A stretch of 64,000 bases of DNA from Alistipes sp. (GCA_017631255.1 JAGBTP010000022.1:1264-65263); one strand, 5' to 3'. Positions 37,849 through 47,930 are shown, counted from the stretch's first letter. Translations and numbers: made by a program. Notes: generated by a model from the sequence alone, not told the origin.

Positions 37849-39636
37849 TTACAATCCTCGGTGCTTAATCAGCCACGCGAGGGCGGCGTAGGTGCGGTCG
37901 AGTGTTGGGCGGAGCCACTTGGGCAGGGCGTTGAGGAGGCGCAGACGGCGCAGCTGCCTGCGTGAGCGGCGGGTGTAGGCAAAGGCCTTAATTGCGCGCG
38001 CAGCATCCTTGCTACCACCACGCACACTCTGCGTGATAGCCTTGCCGATGCCTATACGGGCGATGTATTCGTTGAGGGTCTCGTCCTGCTCTACGCGGTA
38101 TAGCTCCTCGATGGTGTGCTCCGATGCCTCGCTGCGGTATATCGCAGCAGAGCGGTTTGTCGCCTCCTTGGAGTAGCGCACCAGCGACATCGGCGAGAAG
38201 CAGAATTTACACCCCTCCTGCATCATACGCACCCAGAGCCATTGGTCCTCGCCGAGGCGCATACCTTCAGGGAAGCCGTTGAGTTCGGTTATGGTGGCAC
38301 GACGCAGCGTTGCAGTCGAGGGTATGATGCCATAGCGGTGCTTGAGTGCCTCCTCAGCGGGGTTGAAGTAACCCTCCACTTCGGGCACGGCGGCACGCGT
38401 ACGGCGTGTGCCCTCGACAATATCGAAGGCCGTTGAGTAGGCGTCGGCATTGGGATAGTAGGCCATAAGACGACATATTTCGGCGATGTAGCCCGAAAGG
38501 TAGTAGTCGTCGGCATCGAGTAGCGCTACATACTCGCCCGTAGACTCAAGTATGCCTCTGTTACGCGCACCACTCACACCTCTATTTTGCTGGCGCACAA
38601 GGCGTATCCTGGCCTCGGGATGCTCCGCAATGACGCGCTCAACGACGGCGGCTGAGCCATCCGTCGAGCCATCATCCACGACGATAATCTCCCACGGCGC
38701 AAGACTCTGGTTGATGACCGATAGTAGGGCACGCTCCACCTCCACCTCCTTGTTGTATAGCGGAATGACAACCGATATGCGCTCCGACTCGTCGCTAAGC
38801 AGATGCTCGCCGAAGTGTAGCACCTCAGGCGCGTGGTTTAGTTGCAAGTGCTCGGGCAGCCACTTTTGTATGTTGCCGTAGTGGCTGCGGAGGTATGTCT
38901 CAAGGTCGGCAGGTGCCAGAACCTTCATCCCGCAGAAGGTGCGCTCCTCGAGGTTCTCGATGGCCCTGACGGCTATCATATCCTTGGGCATACGCACGAT
39001 GTTGTAGTAGGTGGCATCGGTACCGTTATATCGCGTTAGCGCACGGTGTAAATTATTGTATATCTGTCTTTTGCTAAGGAATGATGTCACCACCCTGATA
39101 GCGGCACACGAGAGCATACTCTTGGGTAGTACCACGCCATTGTTTGCCTTGCCGAACCATCGCCAGAGCCATACGCTCTTGGCTATAAAGCAGTTGACCC
39201 AGAAGCCCACCTCGGCGCGCTGCTTGCGACGCAGGGCCTCGTCGTCGGGGATGAGGTCGTAGGGGAAGATGTCGATGTAGATGCCCTCGGCAATAGGCAT
39301 ACCGACCCACTCGCTCTCGACGAAGCGTGTGCCACTCTTTCGTACCTTGGCGAAGTAGAAGGGGGTGTCGGGTTCAGTGCTGAACTCCTGAAGCGTGTAG
39401 CCCTCGCGTAGCAGTGCTGGCGCCTCGCGCAGGAAGCGTTCGTAGTTGTCGCGCGTCATACCGAGGTCGATGTCGTCGTCCCAGGGCACTATCTCCTCGA
39501 AGAAGTGGAGACCTATGGCCGTACCGCCCTGCACGAAGTAGGGAATGTTGGCCACCTGGCAGACGCGAATAACCTCCGCAAGGATATCCTTTAGCTCGCT
39601 ATGTAGGCGGCGTAGTATGTCGCTGTTATACTTCAT
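37849..39636 (-). CDS. Fusion protein: LicD-family phosphotransferase + GT2 glycosyltransferase
   Basis: N-terminal GGTAIG...PWDDDIDLGM, IDIFPYD, YLRSHYG; C-terminal ISVVIPLYNK, VDDGSTD, GVSGARNRG, LLDADD, GEDQ. Confidence 0.88.
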   Translation of the reverse strand: MKYNSDILRRLHSELKDILAEVIRVCQVANIPYFVQGGTAIGLHFFEEIVPWDDDIDLGMTRDNYERFLREAPALLREGYTLQEFSTEPDTPFYFAKVRKSGTRFVESEWVGMPIAEGIYIDIFPYDLIPDDEALRRKQRAEVGFWVNCFIAKSVWLWRWFGKANNGVVLPKSMLSCAAIRVVTSFLSKRQIYNNLHRALTRYNGTDATYYNIVRMPKDMIAVRAIENLEERTFCGMKVLAPADLETYLRSHYGNIQKWLPEHLQLNHAPEVLHFGEHLLSDESERISVVIPLYNKEVEVERALLSVINQSLAPWEIIVVDDGSTDGSAAVVERVIAEHPEARIRLVRQQNRGVSGARNRGILESTGEYVALLDADDYYLSGYIAEICRLMAYYPNADAYSTAFDIVEGTRRTRAAVPEVEGYFNPAEEALKHRYGIIPSTATLRRATITELNGFPEGMRLGEDQWLWVRMMQEGCKFCFSPMSLVRYSKEATNRSAAIYRSEASEHTIEELYRVEQDETLNEYIARIGIGKAITQSVRGGSKDAARAIKAFAYTRRSRRQLRRLRLLNALPKWLRPTLDRTYAALAWLIKHRGL

Positions 39637-40606
39637 TGGCGTTGTGTACTAATAGGTTACAGCCGCGGATGTCGCTACCTGCAATGCGGCCGTCGATGGC
39701 AAACGAGCCATCCTCGAATAGTCGACCCATATCCTGCGTCTGCAAGAAGGCGCACGACGAGAGGTTAGCAAGGTCGATAATATCTATGCCGCCACGCCTA
39801 CCCTCAGGTCTGTGGTCAAACGGATCGTTAACATCGCGCACAAGGACTCGCATCCAGCTCGGTGTGCGGAAGATGCCCTCGCCAGCGGAGTATGCCTGCG
39901 AGGTAAGCTCTGCCATACCGTACTCCGAGGCTATCTGCTTGATGCCGAAGCCACGATACAAAATCTCGTGCAGCTCGCGCTTCGATATCTCCTTGCGCCT
40001 GCCCTTCATACCGCCCGTCTCCATAACGATGGTATCTTGTAACTTAGGGGCATACTGCTCCGCAAGGTCCCAGAGGGCGTAGCTCACACCCAGCAGAATC
40101 TTAGGCTTAGGGTCGCTCGCCATATCGGCTATAAGCTGCTCATAATTATTGAGATAGAAGCCTCCCGAACCGCACTTCTTGATGAGCGTGTCGACCATAT
40201 ATATCAGCGACGAGCCCTCACGCTCGAGGTAGCTCGGTAGCAGGCCGTAGATGCTCCACATCGTTACATCGCCATAGAACTCCGTAAACGCCTTGGTAAA
40301 TGCCTTGCGATAGGTTTCGAGTGAGGCCATCATATGTCGCGAGGGCACCGTCGAGCCGGTATTACTCGAGGTAAATACCACCTCGGGAGGTGTCGTTTCG
40401 CAGTAGACATCCTCGCTCTTGAAGAGTTCGATAGGCATAAAGGGTATATCCTCGCAGCGCTCGATGGTGGCGGGGTCGATGCCGAGGAGCTCGATGTAGC
40501 GGCGGTAGGGGACGCAATGCGCTGCCTGGTAGCGAAATAGCTCCAGCGCTGTGCGCTCGAACTGAGCCTCGTCCTTAATGGCAAGTATGGTGTCGATGTT
40601 TAGCAT
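39626..40606 (-). CDS. LuxE-like acyl-protein synthetase / acyltransferase
   Basis: PFMPIELFK, FTSSNTG, SSLIYM, METGGMKGRR, SEYGMAELTSQAY, TQDMG, RGCN. Confidence 0.85.
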   Translation of the reverse strand: MLNIDTILAIKDEAQFERTALELFRYQAAHCVPYRRYIELLGIDPATIERCEDIPFMPIELFKSEDVYCETTPPEVVFTSSNTGSTVPSRHMMASLETYRKAFTKAFTEFYGDVTMWSIYGLLPSYLEREGSSLIYMVDTLIKKCGSGGFYLNNYEQLIADMASDPKPKILLGVSYALWDLAEQYAPKLQDTIVMETGGMKGRRKEISKRELHEILYRGFGIKQIASEYGMAELTSQAYSAGEGIFRTPSWMRVLVRDVNDPFDHRPEGRRGGIDIIDLANLSSCAFLQTQDMGRLFEDGSFAIDGRIAGSDIRGCNLLVHNANEV

Positions 40607-40629
40607 ATCTTGGTCGCTTATATAACTCA

Positions 40630-40729
40630 CAAAGTTAGATATTTTCTGCGAGAAAGCCAACTCCGCCCGCCCGAAAATGAAAAAATGGAGATTATGTGTT
40701 GTGCGTACGCCCAAAAAACTCTATCTTTG
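40630..40729. promoter_or_regulatory. Divergent sigma-A promoters
   Basis: TAACTTTG on minus (40630-40637); TATCTTTG on plus (40722-40729). Confidence 0.65.
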
Positions 40730-40742
40730 CCCCCATAATACA

Positions 40743-41894
40743 ATGGTTATGAATATGCTTAGAGAGAGAACTATTTATGCGTTTGTCGTAGCTCTTGTGG
40801 CACTCATTTTCACCGGCTGCCAGAAGGAGAGCATCGACCCAAACAACCCACCAGTCGTGATGCTCGATTGTAGCGAGCTGGGCATCGAGGGCGGTGGCGG
40901 CCAGGTGCAGATCTACTACGCCGTTAGCAATGCCATCAAGGGTGAGCGCCCTACGGCAAAGAGTAATGTCGAGTGGATGACGATTAAGGAGATTACCGAC
41001 TACTCGATTGTGGTCAGCGTGGCGCCAAGCAATGTCAACGAGGAGCGCTTCGGCTTTATCACCGTAGAGTACCGTGGTGCTAAGGATTCGCCAAGGGTCT
41101 ACATCACGCAGGATAAGCAGCTGCTCAACCAGTTCTCGTTCGAGGTGTCGGACTTGACATACAAGAGCTGTACCATCACCTATAAGCCTCAGGACCGCCT
41201 GCACCCATATATGGCCAATATCATCGATGTGGAGTACTTCCGCCAGTCGGGTATGACAACCGAGCAGCTCTTCGTCGAGGCTGAGATGTCGAGCTATCTG
41301 GCGCTGGCACAGCGTAACAATATGACCCTCGAGGAGCTTATGTCGCGCATCTCGCCCCAGCTTATCTATACCGATACGGCGGTGCGCTCGTTCGACGGTA
41401 TGCAGCCAGGTGCGGTGTATGTGGTGTATAGCTATGGCATTGAGCTCCAGGGCAATACCTATAATCTTACTACGCCTATTCACTACACGCTGGTGAATAT
41501 GCCTATGCCTACGCCTTACGATGTTAAGTTCTCGGTTAACTCGTCAATCTCGAACAACCTCGCACGCCTTACCATCAACCCTGGTAGCTGGGACGGCTAC
41601 TATGGCCTGATTGTGGCGGCTGACGATACTATATATTATGTGCCTGAGGGCACACCTATGGATGAGGGTATGGTTAAGAGCATCTACTCGTCGTTCTACA
41701 CCGATGCGCGCAATGCTATGAAGAACGGCACCACCGCAGAGCAGTACCTCCGCTCGAAGTGCTTTAAGGGCCTCAAGAATATCGACATCCAGCTCGAGTC
41801 GGGCAAGGATTATGTCCTCATTCTCTTTGCCGTTGAGAGCGAGGATGGCAGCGTGCCCGTCGTGCGCTCGATACCTCAATTAATATATATTTAG
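40743..41894 (+). CDS. Lipoprotein with N-terminal BACON-like domain
   Basis: Lipobox IFTGC; SNVEWM...V.V..N..EER.G.I.V...V.ITQ pattern; exact start uncertain (40743, 40749 or 40755). Confidence 0.7.
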   Translation: MVMNMLRERTIYAFVVALVALIFTGCQKESIDPNNPPVVMLDCSELGIEGGGGQVQIYYAVSNAIKGERPTAKSNVEWMTIKEITDYSIVVSVAPSNVNEERFGFITVEYRGAKDSPRVYITQDKQLLNQFSFEVSDLTYKSCTITYKPQDRLHPYMANIIDVEYFRQSGMTTEQLFVEAEMSSYLALAQRNNMTLEELMSRISPQLIYTDTAVRSFDGMQPGAVYVVYSYGIELQGNTYNLTTPIHYTLVNMPMPTPYDVKFSVNSSISNNLARLTINPGSWDGYYGLIVAADDTIYYVPEGTPMDEGMVKSIYSSFYTDARNAMKNGTTAEQYLRSKCFKGLKNIDIQLESGKDYVLILFAVESEDGSVPVVRSIPQLIYI

Positions 41895-41942
41895 AGGTAG
41901 GGCAAATTCCGTAGTCGAGGAGGCTCGGTGGCGGCGTAAAAT

Positions 41943-41990
41943 AGTGGTGTTAGCATTGCAAGGCGTAGGCTTTGTGGTGCTAACACTACT
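41943..41990 (+). terminator. Long hairpin after the BACON lipoprotein gene
   Basis: AGTGGTGTTAGCATTGCAAGG / CTTTGTGGTGCTAACACTACT. Confidence 0.65.
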
Positions 41991-42017
41991 CATTTAGAGC
42001 ATTTTTTACTCTAAAAC

Positions 42018-42218
42018 TTTGCACAATAAAAATAATTACCTACCTTTGCAGCCCGTATCAACCTCTTATAATGGGTGCAGGCTCAAGGGGTGCCAGTGAT
42101 GTGTGGCCGTAAGGTGGCATATCGACGAAGGCGCAGGATTATTGTCGAGGGTGGCAATATGGTAGGGTAGGCACAGCGATAATGTTGAACGCTAAACATT
42201 TAATTATTTGTTGCAACA
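42018..42218 (+). promoter_or_regulatory. rplS promoter and about 165-nt structured 5' leader
   Basis: TTTG at 42018 plus TACCTTTG at 42041-42048; nested G-U-rich helices with a GTAA tetraloop. Confidence 0.6.
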
Positions 42219-42596
42219 ATGAACAAGGATCAGTTGATCAGACTCGTAAACGAGCAGATGTGGACAAAGGGTGAGGCTGATGTGCCTCAGTTCGGTGCTG
42301 GTGATACTATCACCGTAACTTACCGTATTGTCGAGGGTAACAAGGAGCGCTTGCAGAGCTTCCGTGGTGTAGTAATTCAGATCAAGGGTACTGGCCGCAC
42401 TAAGATGTTCACCATCCGTAAGGTATCTAACGGCGTTGGTGTAGAGCGTATCTTCCCACTTTACTCTCCACACATCGACAAGATTGAGGTTAACAAGTAT
42501 GGTGTTGTACGCCGTGCTCGTATCTACTACCTCCGTGACCTTACAGGTAAGAAGGCTCGTATCAAGGAGCGTCGTATTGTTAAGAAGAGCGAGTAA
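42219..42596 (+). CDS. rplS: 50S ribosomal protein L19
   Basis: FGAGDTI, EGNKERLQSFRG, GVGVERIFP, VRRARIYYLR. Confidence 0.98.
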   Translation: MNKDQLIRLVNEQMWTKGEADVPQFGAGDTITVTYRIVEGNKERLQSFRGVVIQIKGTGRTKMFTIRKVSNGVGVERIFPLYSPHIDKIEVNKYGVVRRARIYYLRDLTGKKARIKERRIVKKSE

Positions 42597-42622
42597 TTCC
42601 GCCCTCTCTTATCAACAAGGAA

Positions 42623-42652
42623 AATGGGGTTGTCCGCTTGGACAACCCCATT
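42623..42652. terminator. Hairpin between convergent genes (shared-stem family)
   Basis: AATGGGGTTGTCC-gctt-GGACAACCCCATT. Confidence 0.85.
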
Positions 42653-42704
42653 CTCTTTATATCTATGTCTCTATTTATTTGTGCAGCACTGCCTAATCAC
42701 CACA

Positions 42705-43445
42705 TCACCCTCTGCGTCGGAACTCAGAGAGGATGATGCCCGTCGCCATCGCCACATTTAGTGACTCCGAGGTGGGCTGGTCGGCAGGGTAGGGCGGTAT
42801 GAGGAGCTTGTGCGTCAGTGTGTTGCGACACTCGTCGCTCACTCCACGACCCTCGTTGCCCATAACTATGATGCCACTGCGGTCAAGCGATGTATCGTAG
42901 ATGTTGTCGCCATCGAGCAGTGTGCCGTAAATCGGAAGACCCATCTCCCTTGCCTCGCGCAGCAGCGCGGCAAGGTCGTCGGTGTAGTGTATCCTCACGC
43001 GTAGTATTGCGCCCATTGTCGCCTGAACAACCTTCGGGTTGTAGCAGTCGGCGCACTCACGCGAGCAGACGATATCCTCGATGCCAAACCAGTCAGCAAG
43101 GCGCACTATGGTGCCCAGGTTGCCAGGATTCTGTACGCCATCGAGGGCGAGGGATAGCTTGCCACGCAGCTTGGCGGTCGACAGCTCATAGCGTGGTTGC
43201 TCAACTACGGCGAGTGTCGTCGTTGGGGTCTTGAGTGCGGAGATGCGCTCCATATCCTTGCGCTCGATATGCTCGACATTTGTGCCACGCATATCGGTCT
43301 CAGTGGTGTAGATCCTACGCACCACAAATCGTGATGCGAGTATCTCGTCGACGAGCTTGTCGCCCTCGGCAATAAAGAGCCTCTCAGCGTCGCGTGTGCG
43401 CTTGTCGCCCAATGCGCGTAGTAGTTGTATCTCGGCCTTAGTCAT
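42705..43445 (-). CDS. TrmH/SpoU-family RNA methyltransferase
   Basis: QNPGNLGTIVR, MGNEGRG, ESLNVA. Confidence 0.93.
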   Translation of the reverse strand: MTKAEIQLLRALGDKRTRDAERLFIAEGDKLVDEILASRFVVRRIYTTETDMRGTNVEHIERKDMERISALKTPTTTLAVVEQPRYELSTAKLRGKLSLALDGVQNPGNLGTIVRLADWFGIEDIVCSRECADCYNPKVVQATMGAILRVRIHYTDDLAALLREAREMGLPIYGTLLDGDNIYDTSLDRSGIIVMGNEGRGVSDECRNTLTHKLLIPPYPADQPTSESLNVAMATGIILSEFRRRG

Positions 43446-44365
43446 CGTCTCTCATCAATAAAGAAGGTATCGCCCTCACGAGCAATATCCGTATTTGGAA
43501 ATATCTCACGACACTCCTCTGCCAACAAGTCGTGATTCTTGTATCGCGACGAGAAGTGTCCGATTATTAGCCTCTTAGCCTCTGCCAGCTGTGCCACGCG
43601 TGCCGCCTCCGTTGTCGTGGAGTGTCCTCTGCCCTTGGCCCACTGCTCCTCGCTGCGGGCATAGGTGGTTTCGTGGTAGAGGAGGTCGACGCCACGCACA
43701 CGCTCCGCCGCCTTAGCCGAGTAGTTGGTGTCGGACAGGTAGGCATACGAGCGTGCCTCGTAGGGGCGGTATGTCAGCTTCTCGTTGGCCATCACCTCGC
43801 CACTCTCAAGCACGATATCCTCGCCTCGCTTGAGTGCCACAATCTGAGCTATCGAGAGTCCGTAGCGCTCAATCTTGAACTTGTCGACATTGAGTCCAGG
43901 CTGCTTCTCCTTGAAGTGGTAGCCCGCCGTAGGCACACGATGTCGCAGGGGCACGGACCACACCTCGAGGGTGTTGTTCTCCATAATTATCTGGTGCTTT
44001 GTCGTGTCCACCTGGTGATACTTAATCTCGTAGGGTATGTCGTCGAGGAAGTATTTGGCGTGGTAGTCGAGAATCTCGCCCATAGGTGCTGGGGCGTAGA
44101 TGTCGAGTGGCGTGCGCTTACCCTCAAGTCCGAGGGTTGATATTAGCGGAAAGAGGCCGTAGCAGTGGTCACCGTGCAGATGCGAAATGAAAACAGCCCT
44201 AAGGCGCAGCGGGTTTATGCCGCGCCTTATGAGCTGCTGTTGTACGCCCTCACCAGCGTCAACGAGGTAGTATTGCTCGTTGAGGTTTACCACCTGCGCC
44301 GAGGGGTGTGCCGACGGCGTAGGCTTGGCCGATGAGTTGCCAAGTATGGTGACACTAAATGCCAT
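43442..44365 (-). CDS. rnz: Ribonuclease Z
   Basis: DAGEG, SHLHGDH, SDT, HETTY, GHS, HFSSRY. Confidence 0.93.
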   Translation of the reverse strand: MAFSVTILGNSSAKPTPSAHPSAQVVNLNEQYYLVDAGEGVQQQLIRRGINPLRLRAVFISHLHGDHCYGLFPLISTLGLEGKRTPLDIYAPAPMGEILDYHAKYFLDDIPYEIKYHQVDTTKHQIIMENNTLEVWSVPLRHRVPTAGYHFKEKQPGLNVDKFKIERYGLSIAQIVALKRGEDIVLESGEVMANEKLTYRPYEARSYAYLSDTNYSAKAAERVRGVDLLYHETTYARSEEQWAKGRGHSTTTEAARVAQLAEAKRLIIGHFSSRYKNHDLLAEECREIFPNTDIAREGDTFFIDERR

Positions 44366-45291
44366 TACTTCTGAGAGAGGAGCCAGCGCTCGCAGTCAAG
44401 GGCAGCGATACAGCCCGAACCTGCGGCGGTGATAGCCTGACGGTAGTGAGGGTCCTTAACATCGCCCGCAGCGAATACACCCTCAACCGATGTCTTAGAT
44501 GTGCCAGGAACGACCTTGATGTAGCCCTGCTCGTCGAGCTCGAGCTGACCCTTAAGTACCTCTACATTAGGGTGGTGACCGATAGCGAGGAAGAAGCCCA
44601 TAATGTCGAGCACACGCTCCTCACCCGATGTGCTAACCACGCGTACGCCTGTTACGCCATCCTCGTCGCCAAGAACCTCAGCGGTATTGTGCTCGAAGAG
44701 AACCTCGATGTTTGGAGTGTTGAACACACGCTCCTGCATAGCCTTAGAAGCACGGAGGTAGTTCTTACGAACGATAAGGTAGACCTTCTTGCAGATAGAT
44801 GCAAGGTAAGTAGCCTCCTCGCAAGCGGTGTCGCCACCACCTACTACGGCTACATCCTGCTTACGGTAGAAGAAACCGTCGCAAGTAGCGCAGGCGCTAA
44901 CGCCCATACCACGATACTTAGCCTCTGACTCAAGGCCGAGGTACTTAGCCGAAGCGCCAGTACATACGATCACAGCCTCAGCCTCGATCTTGTGCTCGTG
45001 GTCAACGGTAACCTTGAAAGGACGCTCCGAGAGGTCGATGTCGGTGATGATGCCACGACGAACATCTGCACCGAAGCGGAGTGCCTGCTTGCGCAAGTCC
45101 TCCATCATAGCGGTACCAGTGATACCCTCTGGGTAGCCTGGGAAGTTCTCGATCTCGGTGGTTGTAGTGAGCTGACCACCTGGCTCGATACCCTCGTAGA
45201 GTACAGGTGAAAGGTTAGCGCGTGAGGTGTAGATAGCTGATGTGAAGCCCGCAGGGCCGCTACCGATAATCAATACTTTTACTTTCTCCAT
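44365..45291 (-). CDS. trxB: Thioredoxin reductase
   Basis: GSGPAG, CATCDGFFY, GGGDTA, RQAITAAG. Confidence 0.97.
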   Translation of the reverse strand: MEKVKVLIIGSGPAGFTSAIYTSRANLSPVLYEGIEPGGQLTTTTEIENFPGYPEGITGTAMMEDLRKQALRFGADVRRGIITDIDLSERPFKVTVDHEHKIEAEAVIVCTGASAKYLGLESEAKYRGMGVSACATCDGFFYRKQDVAVVGGGDTACEEATYLASICKKVYLIVRKNYLRASKAMQERVFNTPNIEVLFEHNTAEVLGDEDGVTGVRVVSTSGEERVLDIMGFFLAIGHHPNVEVLKGQLELDEQGYIKVVPGTSKTSVEGVFAAGDVKDPHYRQAITAAGSGCIAALDCERWLLSQK

Positions 45292-45389
45292 AGTCTTAGT
45301 AAGTTTTAGTTATAATGTTACTTAATTTAGTGTTTCTGTGTTTCTTACTATGAGATGACGCCTCCGCCAGCTCATTGCGATGATGCTAT

Positions 45390-45541
45390 GCGTGTACGCA
45401 CCTCTGTGCTTCTGCGTGTACGCACCTCAGTACCTCAGCACCTCAGTACCTCAGCACCTCAGCGTGTTCGCACCTTAGCACCTCAGCGCTTCTGCGTGTC
45501 CGCACCTCAGCGTGTACGCACCTCAGCACCTCTGCGCACCC
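45390..45541. repeat. Octamer tandem array (about 19 units)
   Basis: In-phase 8-mers GCACCTCA / GTACCTCA / GCGTGTAC / GCGCTTCT. Confidence 0.9.
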
Positions 45542-45554
45542 CTCCCGATATGAA

Positions 45555-47291
45555 CTATCGCGTATTGAGGAAGTCGTTTTTGTGCTCCTCCTCGTCACGG
45601 AAGTCGTAGCCGTAGCCCACCATCATATCGAGTCCTGCGTCGCGCTGCCTATCTGCCTCGGTGGTCTCGCGCATACGCTCGACGATGTTACGCGACGATG
45701 CGATTATGCTCTGCACCTCCTCCTCCGAAAGGAGATGACCCTGCAAGTGGCTTGTCAGGGTGTAGGCATAGGCCGCCGCCATATCATTGTAGCGCGCCAT
45801 CAACGCATTCAGCTCCGCAACCAAAGCCTCGAGGCTCAGCTCACCAGCGGCAATGCGCGCAATTATATCCTCGACCACGCTCAGCGGCAGGTACTGACCT
45901 GCGAGGTCTATCCACTCGCTGCCGTCGTCATCGTAGCCCTTGTAGTTACCTGCCTCGAGCATAGCACCGAGCGATGCGGCTATGGCGGTGTTGTAGAGCT
46001 TTATGCCTCGTGTTAGCATCGCTGCGCGTATCGTCGTGCGGTTATAGTTGTAGCTCTTGGCTTCGGGGTCGCTCTCCTCAAGTCGTGTCAGGGCGTCGAC
46101 ACCTCGCAGCATCTTGCCCGTAATAAAGGGGTTAAACTCCTCGAAACATATATTGTCGCGCTTGAGCTTGCGCTTGTCACGACTCTTCCACTTCTCTATG
46201 TCGCGCACCGTACCGTAACTCTTGAGTGCAAGGGCTGGCATTAGGAGCGACTGCCCCGCCTCCTCGATAAGATATGAGTATGGCATATCCTGCGTGTCGT
46301 GGTGGCGCGTGTGGCGTCCAAGTACCACCGTATATGGACCCTCGATTGCGGGCGACATAACATATGCGCTGCTGCCGAACTTCGTGCCTCGCTGGTGCAC
46401 AGCCTGATGCACTGCGCCGCTCTTGAAGAGGTGATTCGACTGGTTGGTGCCGCTGCCGGCGTTGAAGAACGAGAAGATGCCGGCGATGAGCAGCGACGAC
46501 TTATGGTGCGATACGGTAAACGGACCAGCAAACACTGCCGAGGCCTCGCCATTCTCGAAGTGGCAGTTGGCAAACATCAGGGTGTCGATAGCCGTAAAGC
46601 CGTTGTCGATGACGCAGTGCTCACCCACGAAGCTACGCACAAGGCTCGAGGCACCCTCCACGCGGGCGTCGTTGTCGACGATGAAGTCCCTCGCGCGCAC
46701 ATCAATGCCTATATGTGAGCCACGACCTACCGTACCATTCTCCAGGTGCGACACACCCTCCACCACGCAGCTATCCTCAATCCTTACCTCGCGGATGAAG
46801 CGCGCACCCACCACCACGCTGCCGTTGCCCACGCAACCCATCGTGCTGCGGTTGTTTGCCGCCCTCTCTCGCACCAGCGCATCGAGACGCGCCGTCATCG
46901 CTGGGCGGTTGCGCATCATAGTCATCAGGTATGCCACCTGTGCTGTCAGCTCACGGTAGATGGCTATGGTGCGGCCACCATTCTCGTTTACGGCCGCCAC
47001 CTCCACGCCCTCGCCAAACGAAGTGGCCTTGCGGCACTCCATACGCAACACATCGTCGATGATGCAGTCGTTGCCGATGGCATAGTTCGCTATCGTGGAG
47101 TCGGAAATACGCGTGCGTGAGCCTATCGCCACCTCGCCCTCGAAGCGCACATTGCGTAGCTGCTCAGGGCGGAAGTCGTCGCTCACCAAAACCTTAGTCC
47201 ACTCCTCGGCATAGCAGCCTCGCTGCGCAAGCACAGCACGCTCCTCGAGGGTGGTCATTCTAAGGTTCATATCGCACGCACCAAACTCCAT
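45555..47291 (-). CDS. DUF4954-family protein (beta-helix-like)
   Basis: FGEGVEVAAVNENGGR, GPFTVSHHKSSLLIAG, NAGSGTNQSNH, PYSYLIE. Confidence 0.8.
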   Translation of the reverse strand: MEFGACDMNLRMTTLEERAVLAQRGCYAEEWTKVLVSDDFRPEQLRNVRFEGEVAIGSRTRISDSTIANYAIGNDCIIDDVLRMECRKATSFGEGVEVAAVNENGGRTIAIYRELTAQVAYLMTMMRNRPAMTARLDALVRERAANNRSTMGCVGNGSVVVGARFIREVRIEDSCVVEGVSHLENGTVGRGSHIGIDVRARDFIVDNDARVEGASSLVRSFVGEHCVIDNGFTAIDTLMFANCHFENGEASAVFAGPFTVSHHKSSLLIAGIFSFFNAGSGTNQSNHLFKSGAVHQAVHQRGTKFGSSAYVMSPAIEGPYTVVLGRHTRHHDTQDMPYSYLIEEAGQSLLMPALALKSYGTVRDIEKWKSRDKRKLKRDNICFEEFNPFITGKMLRGVDALTRLEESDPEAKSYNYNRTTIRAAMLTRGIKLYNTAIAASLGAMLEAGNYKGYDDDGSEWIDLAGQYLPLSVVEDIIARIAAGELSLEALVAELNALMARYNDMAAAYAYTLTSHLQGHLLSEEEVQSIIASSRNIVERMRETTEADRQRDAGLDMMVGYGYDFRDEEEHKNDFLNTR

Positions 47292-47297
47292 AACTTA

Positions 47298-47930
47298 TTA
47301 TTTATAAGGCGTATAAACTACCTTCTTAGTCTCGAAAAATTCGTCGTCGAACATACGATCAATATCGTAGAGGTTCCACCTCATACGCGTTGCTGCCAGC
47401 TCCTCGGCCAACTCGCCACCCTTGAGGTAGAGCACACCATTTGGCAGCGTACCCATCTCACCACGGCGCAACAAAGGCCAAGCCCAAGGCACGAATCGTG
47501 CCATCTCGGTTACGGCGCGCGATACCACATAGTCGAACTTCTCGCCCACCTGCTCGGCACGAGCATTTATCGCACGGAGGTTGTCAATCTCAGCCCCCGC
47601 CTTCACGCCCTCAACCACGCGAATCTTCTTACCAATCGAGTCGACGCCGACAAACTCCACCTCGGGGAACATAATCGCAAGTGGCACCGATGGGAAGCCA
47701 CCGCCACAGCCTATATCTATGACCTTGGCGCCCGCCTTGAATTGGCACACCTTGGCGATGGCCAAAGAGTGAAGGATGTGGCGGGTGTAGAGGTGCTCCA
47801 TATCCTTGCGCGAGACGACATTTATGCGGCTGTTCCACTCCTCGTAGAGTGCGCCAAGTGCCTCAAATTGGCTCTGCTGTCGTGGGCTAATATCGGGGAA
47901 ATATTGCTTTATCACTTCGCTCTTCATCAT
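47298..47930 (-). CDS. rsmG: 16S rRNA m7G527 methyltransferase
   Basis: INVVSRKD, HILHSL, DIGCGGGFP, SRAV, LKGG. Confidence 0.95.
   Translation of the reverse strand: MMKSEVIKQYFPDISPRQQSQFEALGALYEEWNSRINVVSRKDMEHLYTRHILHSLAIAKVCQFKAGAKVIDIGCGGGFPSVPLAIMFPEVEFVGVDSIGKKIRVVEGVKAGAEIDNLRAINARAEQVGEKFDYVVSRAVTEMARFVPWAWPLLRRGEMGTLPNGVLYLKGGELAEELAATRMRWNLYDIDRMFDDEFFETKKVVYTPYK

Noticed and set aside
42090-42134. SRP RNA domain IV look-alike (GCC-GTAA-GGT hairpin)
   Set aside because: Lacks the conserved CAGG/AGCA internal loop; better read as the rplS leader
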